Positions 26,349-34,667 of a stretch of 64,000 nt of DNA are shown piece after piece. The stretch spans positions 4,429,264-4,493,263 of the forward strand of contig OZ241871.1 in assembly GCA_965202955.1 (NCBI GenBank). The letters are read 5' to 3'. The notes under the pieces are model-generated. The model had not been told where the DNA came from, did no database searches, and saw only the letters and a program-made list of their open reading frames with translations. The DNA comes from Caldilineaceae bacterium. Its GTDB lineage: Bacteria; Chloroflexota; Anaerolineae; Caldilineales; Caldilineaceae. Both the position numbers and the translations under genes were made by a program. Each line of letters starts with the position of its first letter. The stretch's first letter is position 1.

Positions 26349-27110
26349 TCAGTGGTTCCGTGGCGGAGGGCACAGATGGCCTTCCCGCACGATCGGCACC
26401 GCCTGGCCCCACAGTTCTGTCCCTTCCTTATTCATGATCGGCTCAGCCGAATATTGCGCCAGGTAGCAGCGGCGGATGCGCGAGGTTGTGTTGGGGCCGC
26501 TGCGGTGAAATGTGCGGCTGCTGAAGACGACAATGCTGCCGGCAGGGACAATGGCCGGGACGCCGGGGTGATCGCCGCGGTAGCCGATCTTGTCGTTGCT
26601 GGCGTCCTCTATCGTGTGGTCGTAGAGGTCGTCGGGCGTCATCCCGATGGCGGAGTAGGGCAGCACCGACACGGTCCCGTTCTCGGTCGACATGTCGTCT
26701 AGCGCGCACCAGCAGGAGAGATAGGGGCGGTGGTAGTGGCCGATGTAGCCCGAGTCCTGGTGCCAACCGAACTTGGTGCCCACTTCGGCGAACTTGACCA
26801 CGTACTGTTCGTGAAACAGGTAAGCGGTATCGCCCAAGGTCGCGCGGCAGATATCCGCCATGAGTTCGCTGAACAGAAAGTCGGTAATCGTAGGACTCTC
26901 CAACCCGCGCCTGCTGATAAAGTACCGCTTCTTGTAGTGGTTGATTCCCTGAACGGTAACGCCCTTCGCCTCCATTTCGGCATCGTAGCGGGCGATGTAG
27001 CGCTGGCATTCGTCGCGCAATCCCTCCACCTGCTCATAGGGGATAGCGTTTTCGAGGAACATGTAGCCCTCGTTGCGGTACTGGTCGCGCTGTTTTTCGG
27101 AGATGTGCAT
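26349..27110 (-). CDS. PhyH family Fe(II)/2-oxoglutarate oxygenase, copy 4
   Basis: 253 aa. FGWHQDSGY (HxD), RTFHRSGPN (distal His), RIRRCYLAQY. Confidence 0.85.
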   Translation of the reverse strand: MHISEKQRDQYRNEGYMFLENAIPYEQVEGLRDECQRYIARYDAEMEAKGVTVQGINHYKKRYFISRRGLESPTITDFLFSELMADICRATLGDTAYLFHEQYVVKFAEVGTKFGWHQDSGYIGHYHRPYLSCWCALDDMSTENGTVSVLPYSAIGMTPDDLYDHTIEDASNDKIGYRGDHPGVPAIVPAGSIVVFSSRTFHRSGPNTTSRIRRCYLAQYSAEPIMNKEGTELWGQAVPIVREGHLCPPPRNH

Positions 27111-27455
27111 GGGACGCCTCAGCGGTAGCTGCTATCCTTGCGGGTCTGGCGGCAGGAGCACCGTTTCCCTGAAGCGGCGAAATTCCGCGTGTCGGACCGG
27201 CCAAACTGAGACAATCGGTAATGGTCGTGCACGGGGCTGTTCAAGCCGCCCTGACCTGGACTTAGGGGTCGCGAAACACGCTCTGCGCGCCACCTGCACT
27301 TATACATCACGGCCTGGAGAAAGTCAAACGGGGCGCTGCATTCCACTCAGCGTTTCGACCGCATGATGGCGAGGAGCAAGTGATCGGTTGAAGCGCCGGT
27401 CCCAGTCGAAAAGCCGCGGGGCAATGCCGCATCGGAAACTGCGATCTCAGCGAAC

Positions 27456-27485
27456 TTGCAATCCACCCAAGGGCTACAGTATACT
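27456..27485 (+). promoter_or_regulatory. Putative sigma-70-type promoter for the ABC exporter pair
   Basis: TTGCAA (27456-27461), 18-nt spacer, TATACT (27480-27485), about 75 nt upstream of ATG 27562. Pattern match only. Confidence 0.3.
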
Positions 27486-27561
27486 TACAAAAGCGCTTTA
27501 GTAAAGACAGCTGAGCAGCTCCGATTTCCCATTGACTGGGGCTGATTCGAGGCTTCCGCAG

Positions 27562-29397
27562 ATGCGTGGTCTGGCGAAAGTTATCCGCTATATGCGCCCC
27601 TACAGCTGGATGGCTTTGTTGGGCTTTGTCACGACGATTCTCCCGGTCGTGATGGAGCTTGTCACCCCGCGTATGGTGCAGTTCGTCATCGACGAGGGCA
27701 TACGCGCCGGCGACATGGCAGCCGTCTGGCAGGGCAGCGCCGTCATGCTGCTGGCCGCAATCGTCGGCGCTGCCACGACAATAGGCCAGGGCATCGCCCG
27801 CGCCCAGATTTCGCAGGGGATCGCGTTCGACCTGCGCAACGACCTCTTCCGCCATATCCAACGCTTCTCCTTTGCTAATCTGGACCGGATGCAGACCGGC
27901 CAGCTGATGACGCGCGTTTCGAGCGACGTGGATATCGCGCGCATGTTTCTGAGCGCGGGGCTGGCACTGCTGCTGCGGACGCTGCTGATGGTCATCGGCA
28001 GCCTGGCGATGATGCTCATCCTGGACTGGTGGCTCAGCCTTGTGATGATTACGGTGCTTGTGCTTTCGGCCAGCGTCCTCTTCTGGCTGCTGCGCGTCGT
28101 CGGCCCGCTTTTCTCCAAGGTCCAGGAGAAGCTGGACAAACTCAATACGCTCGTCCAGGAGAATCTGGCCGGTGTGCGCGTGGTCAAGGCCTACGTACGC
28201 GAACAGCATGAGATCGACCGATTTGACGTCGAAAACCTGGTTTACATGGAGCAAAACATCAGGGTGGGGCGCTTGCTGGCCCTGGTGATGCCTTCGCTGC
28301 TGCTGCTGACGAATTTCGGCGCCGTCTTCGCCATCTGGTGGGGCGGGCTGGACGTCATCGGAGGGCGGCTGACGCTCGGAGAGCTGGTCGCATTCAACAA
28401 CTATCTGCTGATCGGGATGTCGCCGCTGCTGCTGCTCAGCAACATTCTGGCGATGGTCTCGCGCGCCGAAGCCTCGTCCAAGCGCATCGTCGAAGTGCAG
28501 GAGATGGAGCCGGCGATCCAGGCGCCGCCGGAGCCTGTCACCGACGCGGTCCCCTTCGGTGAGATCACGTTTGACAATGTGCATTTTCACTATTCGGGTT
28601 CGTTGCCGAACGCTTTCGTCGGCAGCGGAGCCGCGAACACGCCGGCCGGGAATGGAGAGGCGCAGCCGGCTGGCGGGAATGGCTTCGGTAATGGCAGGGC
28701 GAGAGCGGTCGGCGAAGAAGTGTTGCACGGGATCCATCTGCATGCACGGCCGGGCGAGAAGATCGCCTTGATGGGCGCGACCGGGGCCGGCAAGAGCACG
28801 CTGGTAAACCTGATTCCGCGTTTCTACGATCCCGTGGATGGCGCGATCAGGCTGGATGGGGTCGACGTGCGCGATTGGGACCCGACGCGGCTGCGCAAGC
28901 ATATCGGCGTCGTCCTGCAACAGTCGACGCTGTTCGCCGGGACGGTGCGGGAGAACATCGCCTATGGGCGACCTGACGCGGCGCTTGAGGAAGTCGTCAG
29001 CGCGGCGCAGGCTGCGCAAGCGCATGAGTTCATCGAACGGATGCCGGAAGGCTACGACAGCATGGTCGAAGCGCGCGGGGCCAACCTTTCGGGCGGCCAG
29101 AAGCAGCGCATCGCAATCGCACGTGCGCTCCTGACCAATCCTGCGGTGTTGATTCTCGACGACAGCACCAGCTCGGTCGATCTCGATACGGAGTTGCGGC
29201 TGCAGTTGGCGTTGAAAGAGTCGCTCGCGGAAACGACGACATTTGTCATCGCCCAGCGTATCAGCAGCGTCGTCGATGCCGACCTGATCCTGGTGCTGGA
29301 CGACGGCAACGTCGCTGCCCGGGGAACGCACGAGGAGCTGCTTACCTCCAGTGAAATCTACCAGGAGATCTATTATTCGCAGTTTGAAGAGGCGTAA
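27562..29397 (+). CDS. ABC exporter, fused permease/ATPase half-transporter (heterodimer partner A)
   Basis: Six-TM exporter domain followed by an NBD with Walker A GATGAGKST, signature LSGGQKQR and Walker B LILDD. ATG 27562 is preferred over the track's TTG 27532. Confidence 0.9.
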   Translation: MRGLAKVIRYMRPYSWMALLGFVTTILPVVMELVTPRMVQFVIDEGIRAGDMAAVWQGSAVMLLAAIVGAATTIGQGIARAQISQGIAFDLRNDLFRHIQRFSFANLDRMQTGQLMTRVSSDVDIARMFLSAGLALLLRTLLMVIGSLAMMLILDWWLSLVMITVLVLSASVLFWLLRVVGPLFSKVQEKLDKLNTLVQENLAGVRVVKAYVREQHEIDRFDVENLVYMEQNIRVGRLLALVMPSLLLLTNFGAVFAIWWGGLDVIGGRLTLGELVAFNNYLLIGMSPLLLLSNILAMVSRAEASSKRIVEVQEMEPAIQAPPEPVTDAVPFGEITFDNVHFHYSGSLPNAFVGSGAANTPAGNGEAQPAGGNGFGNGRARAVGEEVLHGIHLHARPGEKIALMGATGAGKSTLVNLIPRFYDPVDGAIRLDGVDVRDWDPTRLRKHIGVVLQQSTLFAGTVRENIAYGRPDAALEEVVSAAQAAQAHEFIERMPEGYDSMVEARGANLSGGQKQRIAIARALLTNPAVLILDDSTSSVDLDTELRLQLALKESLAETTTFVIAQRISSVVDADLILVLDDGNVAARGTHEELLTSSEIYQEIYYSQFEEA

Positions 29398-29441
29398 GGC
29401 CCGTTCACTCCCAGCAGCGATAGATTGAGCTTCGAAATATC

Positions 29442-31427
29442 ATGTTCTTTTTCCGACCTCCACCAAGACAAGGGATTCGACCAGGCCAGGGTGGCGGCAT
29501 GCTCACGGGCGAGGCTGCCGACAACACGCGTGCAACGTTAATGCGCATGGCCGCGTACCTGCGGCTCTTCCGTTTGCAGTTGATGATCGTCGGCCTTTTC
29601 GTAACAATCAGCACTGTTTTGCGGCTCTACGGTCCGATGCTGATCGGCCGCGCGATCGACCTTTTTATCGCCAGCGGCGACGGCATTGGCCTGCGGAATC
29701 TGGCCTTGGGCATTCTGGGCGTCTATCTGGCTGCGGGCGCGGCTTCGACCGTGCAGGGCCTGATCATGGTGCAGCTTGGCCAGCACTTTGTTTCCAACAT
29801 TCGAGCCGGGCTGTTTAGCCACATGCAGATCATGTCGATGGCGTTCCACGACCGCAACCAGGTCGGCGATCTGATGAGCCGTATCACGAACGATTCGGAG
29901 GCGATTAACCGCACGCTGTCCAACGGGCTGATCGAGTTCATTTCCAACGTTCTGTTGCTGGGCGGCACGTTTGTGGCGATGTTCCTGCTCAACTGGCAAC
30001 TGGCGCTGGCGATGCTTGTGCTGATGCCGCTCATGCTCTACATCACGGCCGAGGTGACCCGCCGCAGCCGCGCGGCATTTCGAACGGTGCAGCGGAATTT
30101 GGGCGCGCTGAATGCGGTCATGGAGGAGAACATCGCCGGCGCGCGCGTCGTGCAGGCCTTTGCCAGAGAGGAGGAGGTCTTTGCCGATTTCCTTGAGGTC
30201 AACAAGACCTATCGCAAGGCCGGGATGACGGCCGACATAATCACCGCCGCGCTGGGCCCGATGTTCACGACGATGATGACGATCACAATCGCCGCGGCTG
30301 CGCTGCTGGGCGGCTGGCTTGCGATTGGAGGGATGCTCGAAGTCGGCGTACTGGCCGCGTTCATCATCTACATTATGAACTTTTTCCGCCCGATGCGGGG
30401 CATCGCGATGCTGTACAACCAGCTCCAATCGGCGCTGGCGGGGGCGGAGCGGATTTTCGACGCCCTCGACGTTGAGCCGACGGTGACTGACTGTCCCGAC
30501 GCGCCGCCATTGGAGAAGATCAATGGTGACGTCGTCTTCGAAAATGTCAGCTTCAGCTACGGGGAGGGGCCACCGCCGGCGACTGCCCTTCCTCGCGGCC
30601 CGGCAATGGCCGGGAGGCGAAACGGTCCGGAGCGAGGCAACAGGTCCAGGGGCCTTCCGCGACAGGCTGCGCAACATGGGCCGCCGTCGGCAGAATCACA
30701 AGGCGAGGCAAACGGGGAGATCGTGTTGCAGAATGTCACCCTGCATGCCGAACCAGGTGCCACGATCGCGCTTGTCGGGCCAACAGGCGCGGGCAAGACA
30801 ACGATCATCAGCCTGCTGAGTCGATTCTACGACGTGGACGAAGGTAGCATCCGCATCGACGGCCACGACATTCGCGACGTTCAGCAGGGGTCGCTGCGCC
30901 GGCAGCTTGGAATCGTACTGCAGGATACCTTCCTCTTTTCGGGAACAGTGCGGGAGAACATCCGCTATGGGCGACTGGACGCGACGGACGAGGAGGTTGT
31001 GGCCGCGGCTACGCTGGCGAATGCGGACGGATTCATCCGTCTGCTGCCGGGCGGATACGACGCTCGCGTTTCGGAGCAGGGGAACAACTTCAGCGAGGGG
31101 CAGCGTCAACTGATCGCGATCGCGCGCGCGGTCCTGGCCGATCCGCGCATTCTCATTCTGGACGAGGCCACCAGCAGCGTCGACACGCGCACCGAGGTGC
31201 AGTTGCAGCAGGCGCTGCTGCGGCTGCTGGAGGGGCGGACTGCCTTTGTCATTGCCCACCGCCTCAGCACGATCCGCAACGCCGACGAAGTCCTGGTCGT
31301 TAACGATAACCGCATCATCGAACGCGGCAATCACCAGGATCTGCTGGACCAGAAGGGCTTCTACCACGATCTCTACATGAGCCAGTACATGCGGGTCAAG
31401 CGGTCGGCTCCCACGGTCGCCGGCTGA
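29442..31427 (+). CDS. ABC exporter, fused permease/ATPase half-transporter (heterodimer partner B)
   Basis: Six-TM domain followed by an NBD with GPTGAGKTT, FSEGQRQL and LILDEATSS. The start is uncertain (29442 or ATG 29499). Confidence 0.9.
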   Translation: MFFFRPPPRQGIRPGQGGGMLTGEAADNTRATLMRMAAYLRLFRLQLMIVGLFVTISTVLRLYGPMLIGRAIDLFIASGDGIGLRNLALGILGVYLAAGAASTVQGLIMVQLGQHFVSNIRAGLFSHMQIMSMAFHDRNQVGDLMSRITNDSEAINRTLSNGLIEFISNVLLLGGTFVAMFLLNWQLALAMLVLMPLMLYITAEVTRRSRAAFRTVQRNLGALNAVMEENIAGARVVQAFAREEEVFADFLEVNKTYRKAGMTADIITAALGPMFTTMMTITIAAAALLGGWLAIGGMLEVGVLAAFIIYIMNFFRPMRGIAMLYNQLQSALAGAERIFDALDVEPTVTDCPDAPPLEKINGDVVFENVSFSYGEGPPPATALPRGPAMAGRRNGPERGNRSRGLPRQAAQHGPPSAESQGEANGEIVLQNVTLHAEPGATIALVGPTGAGKTTIISLLSRFYDVDEGSIRIDGHDIRDVQQGSLRRQLGIVLQDTFLFSGTVRENIRYGRLDATDEEVVAAATLANADGFIRLLPGGYDARVSEQGNNFSEGQRQLIAIARAVLADPRILILDEATSSVDTRTEVQLQQALLRLLEGRTAFVIAHRLSTIRNADEVLVVNDNRIIERGNHQDLLDQKGFYHDLYMSQYMRVKRSAPTVAG

Positions 31428-31476
31428 GGCGCCTTCAAAAGCGCGCCGCATTGCGCTCGTTCACTGGCTTCGCCGG

Positions 31477-32721
31477 TCAGGCAACTCTCTTTCCGCTATC
31501 TCCATCGAACAAGTGCAGATCCGATTCGTCCAACTCCGCCCGGACTCTCTCACCTTGGGCAATACGTGCGCGCACGTCGGCCTGCCCGACCAGGATGCGG
31601 CCGGCCGACTCGAAGTGAATCAGCTGGATGTGGCGTCCGTAATCGGGCTCGACGGTCTCAACGGTCCCCGTCCAAGTTCCGGTTTGCGCGGCCTCGCTTT
31701 CTGCAGCCGGCGCGTCTGTCTCATCTTCGGTCACGGTCACCTGCACGGCTTCGGGGCGGAAGCCGACGGTCAGAGAATCGCCGGCGGCGAGGTCATCAAG
31801 CTGCGAAGCCGGCGGTCTGAAGGCAAGGCCTTGTCCCGCGTCGAGGAAGCCATCGCGCAGTTCAACGTTGTGCACGAGATTCATCGGCGGGACACCGAGA
31901 AAGCCGGCGACAAATGTATTGGCTGGGTTCTGCCGGACCTCTGCAAACGGGCCGACCTGTTCGATCTTCCCCTCGCGCATCACCGCCACCTGATCGCCAA
32001 TGGCCATGGCCTCGGTCTGGTCGTGTGTAACGTAGAGCGCGGTGATGGCGAAACGGTGCAGCAGCCGCTTGATCTCTACGCGTGTTTGCGAGCGCAGTTT
32101 GGCGTCGAGGTTTGAGAGCGGTTCATCGAAGAGGAAGACCCGCGGCCGCCGAACGATCGCGCGCGCGATCGCAACGCGCTGCTGCTGACCACCCGACAGC
32201 GTGCCTGGCTTGCGTTGCAGCAACGCCTGAAAGCCGATGCCCATGATCTCCGAAGTGATGCGGATGCGCTCTTCGGCCTCCGCGTCGGGCGCCTTGTGCA
32301 TGCGAAAGAAGAAGGAGAGATTGCCGCGACCCTCGAAATGGGGGTAGAGGGCATAGTTCTGGAAGACCATGCCGATGTAGCGGTCTTTGGTCGCCACATC
32401 GGCCATCTCCTGGTCGTCGTAGAAGAGGTCGCCGAGATAGTCCGGTTCCAGTCCTGCGATCACGCGCAGCAGCGTGCTTTTGCCGCAGCCGGACGGGCCC
32501 AACACGGCCATCGTCTCGCCGTCGGGGACGGTCAGGTCGACTTGGTCGAGAGCCAGTACGCGGCGGGGCCCATCGTTTTCGCCGGCGCGGAGCCGCGGAA
32601 TTCCCACGCCCTGGCCGGGCCGGCTGTGCAGTCCGAACTGTTTGCTCACTTTGTTCAGACGAATGGTAGCCAAGTTGCTTGCCTTTTGAGCACGCCTGGA
32701 ATCCCGATTGTTCGTGGCCAT
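31477..32721 (-). CDS. Sugar ABC importer ATPase, MsmX/UgpC/MalK-type (orphan)
   Basis: The track ORF 31477-33117 is over-extended. ATG 32721 gives MATNNRD...IRLNKVSKQFG. Motifs: GPSGCGKST, LSGGQQQRVAIARA, FLFDEPLSNLD. C-terminal TOBE/regulatory-like domain. Confidence 0.9.
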   Translation of the reverse strand: MATNNRDSRRAQKASNLATIRLNKVSKQFGLHSRPGQGVGIPRLRAGENDGPRRVLALDQVDLTVPDGETMAVLGPSGCGKSTLLRVIAGLEPDYLGDLFYDDQEMADVATKDRYIGMVFQNYALYPHFEGRGNLSFFFRMHKAPDAEAEERIRITSEIMGIGFQALLQRKPGTLSGGQQQRVAIARAIVRRPRVFLFDEPLSNLDAKLRSQTRVEIKRLLHRFAITALYVTHDQTEAMAIGDQVAVMREGKIEQVGPFAEVRQNPANTFVAGFLGVPPMNLVHNVELRDGFLDAGQGLAFRPPASQLDDLAAGDSLTVGFRPEAVQVTVTEDETDAPAAESEAAQTGTWTGTVETVEPDYGRHIQLIHFESAGRILVGQADVRARIAQGERVRAELDESDLHLFDGDSGKRVA

Positions 32722-32825
32722 TTTACAGGCAGATTCGCCAGCGGGCGAACGCCGGTGGTCCTGGCGGGGCTGAGTTAACCATTTGCGCTGATCCGGTTTA
32801 TCGTTGTAATCTAAAATTGGGGTAT

Positions 32826-34667
32826 ATGTCGAGTTTTCGAGCGGCTTCCGGAAGGATTCAGAAGTTGGCCAACGGCGCGAATCGAGCTCAACTAAATAAC
32901 AAACAGGTTGCCGATCTGTTCCGGTCGATCGGCGAACTTTTGCAGATTCTTGATGAGAGCCGGTTTGTCGTGATGGCCTACCAGAACGCGGCGCGCACGA
33001 TCGACGGTCTCGAGCAGGACATAAACGGAATCGCCGCCGAAGGAGCGTTGGAAGACCTGCCCAGAGTCGGCAAGGCGATCGCGGAGAAGATAGCGACTTT
33101 CCTCGAAACCGGCTCACTTCCTTTCTATGACGAGCTGGCCGCGCAGGTACCCGAAGGCGTTGTGGCGATGATGCAGGTGCCGGACGTCGGCCCCAAGACG
33201 GTGAGGCGGTTGTGGAAGGAGCTGGACATAGCGAGTGTTGAGGCGTTGCAGGAGGCGGCTGAACAGGGCCGGCTGCGGGGGTTGAAGGGCTTCGGGGCCA
33301 AGACAGAGGAGCGCATTCTCAAGAGCATCAAACTGTTGAAACGCAGGTCGGATGATCGCACGCCGATTGGGACCTCTCTGCCGCTGGCACAGAGCCTCGC
33401 GCAGGGGCTGCGGGACAACGCGGCAACTGTGCACAAGGTCGAGATCGCGGGCAGTCTGCGCCGCTGGCGCGAGACGACTGGCGAAATCAGGCTGCTGGCG
33501 GTGAGCGATGAACCGGCCGAGGCGTTGCGGCTGTTTGAAAGCCTCCCGGAGGTGACCGAGGCGCTGGAGAGCGGCGCGAGGCATACCAGAGTGTCGCTGT
33601 CCAATGGAATGCAGGCGACATTGCGCCTGGTGGAGACGAAAGTTTGGGGCGCGGCGCTATGCTTCGCCACCGGCAGCAGGGAGCATCTGGCGGCGGTCGC
33701 CGAACACGCGCAGAAAGCAGGCAGGCGCCTCGACCCGAGCGGACTGACGCCCGACAGCGGTTCTGACGTGACTAATGGTACCGGAAAGGGCGTGTTCGAT
33801 AGCGAAGAGGCGTTCTACAAGTCGGTCGGGTTGCCGTGGGTGCCGCCGGAAATACGCGAGGGCGACAGTGAGATCAGCGACGCGCTGCGCGGCGAATTGC
33901 CGCAGCTGATCGAGACCCGCCATATTCTGGGCGAGGTTCACGGCCACTCGACCTGGAGCGACGGCAAGGCCTCGGTGGCGGAGATGGCGGAAGCCGCACG
34001 GCGCAAAGGCTACCGTTACTGGGCCGTGACGGACCACAGCATTGGGCTGGGCGTCACCGGCGGCGTGGACGGCGAGGCGCTCGTGGCACAACGACGCGAG
34101 ATCGACGCGGTCAATGAGCGATACGAGGCCGAAGGAGTCGATTTCAGGCTGATTCAGGGCGCCGAGGTTGAGGTGCTGGGTGACGGAACTCTGGGCCTGC
34201 CCGACGACGTCCTGGCAACGCTGGATATCGTTGTCGCCAGCATCCATATTGGCCTTCGCCAGGAGCGAGAACGCATCACCGAACGCTGCTTGAACGCGAT
34301 CCACAATACGTACGTTGACGTGATCGGTCACCCAACGGGCCGATTGTTGGGACGGCGCCCACCGTCGGAGATCGACATGGAGGTGGTGATGCGGGCGTGC
34401 GGCGAAACGGGAACGGCGATCGAGATCAATGCCAACCCTGCGCGGCTCGACCTGTCGGCTGAACACGCGCGGCAGGCCTGCGAGCTTGGGTGTATGATCG
34501 TTATCAACACCGATGCCCATAGCGTGGGACAGCTCGACCTGATGCCGTACGGCGCTCATACCGCGAGGCGGGCTTGGCTTGGCCCGGAAGACGTGATGAA
34601 TAGTCGACCGCTCGATGACCTGCTTGGAATGCTGAAACGGAATAGTTCCGGGAGGTGCACAAGGTGA
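32826..34667 (+). CDS. polX: Family X DNA polymerase / PHP-domain phosphoesterase (PolX), polymerase catalytic carboxylates substituted
   Basis: The track ORF starts at 32679; I prefer ATG 32826. HhH motifs are VPDVGPKTV and GFGAKTE. Palm motif is AGSLRRWRETTGEIRLL. PHP motifs are HGHSTWSDG, AVTDHS, SIH, IGHP, EINA and NTDAHS. Confidence 0.85.
   Translation: MSSFRAASGRIQKLANGANRAQLNNKQVADLFRSIGELLQILDESRFVVMAYQNAARTIDGLEQDINGIAAEGALEDLPRVGKAIAEKIATFLETGSLPFYDELAAQVPEGVVAMMQVPDVGPKTVRRLWKELDIASVEALQEAAEQGRLRGLKGFGAKTEERILKSIKLLKRRSDDRTPIGTSLPLAQSLAQGLRDNAATVHKVEIAGSLRRWRETTGEIRLLAVSDEPAEALRLFESLPEVTEALESGARHTRVSLSNGMQATLRLVETKVWGAALCFATGSREHLAAVAEHAQKAGRRLDPSGLTPDSGSDVTNGTGKGVFDSEEAFYKSVGLPWVPPEIREGDSEISDALRGELPQLIETRHILGEVHGHSTWSDGKASVAEMAEAARRKGYRYWAVTDHSIGLGVTGGVDGEALVAQRREIDAVNERYEAEGVDFRLIQGAEVEVLGDGTLGLPDDVLATLDIVVASIHIGLRQERERITERCLNAIHNTYVDVIGHPTGRLLGRRPPSEIDMEVVMRACGETGTAIEINANPARLDLSAEHARQACELGCMIVINTDAHSVGQLDLMPYGAHTARRAWLGPEDVMNSRPLDDLLGMLKRNSSGRCTR

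Noticed and set aside
27111-27455. 345-nt non-coding stretch between PhyH copy 4 and the ABC exporter promoter, considered as a riboswitch or sRNA
   Set aside because: I could not recognise any known riboswitch core (TPP, cobalamin, SAM, FMN, c-di-GMP). The ORFs at 27073-27366 and 27119-27346 look spurious. An Rfam scan would be needed to settle it.
27307-29331. 674-aa minus-strand ORF; also 29538-30677, 15296-16423, 50749-51801, 7734-8528, 9346-10413, 11950-12957 and 60443-61318
   Set aside because: All are antisense shadows of clearly homologous genes (ABC exporters, kinase, phosphorylase, glycosidases, permeases). They have Arg/His/Asp-rich low-complexity translations.
31477-33117. 546-aa ORF (ATPase with a 132-aa N-terminal extension); similar 5' extensions occur at 32679, 51908, 16255, 17791 and 19532
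   Set aside because: The extensions are low-complexity and Arg-rich, lack homology-like sequence and cross the divergent promoter regions. Internal starts with an RBS or family-typical N-termini were preferred.
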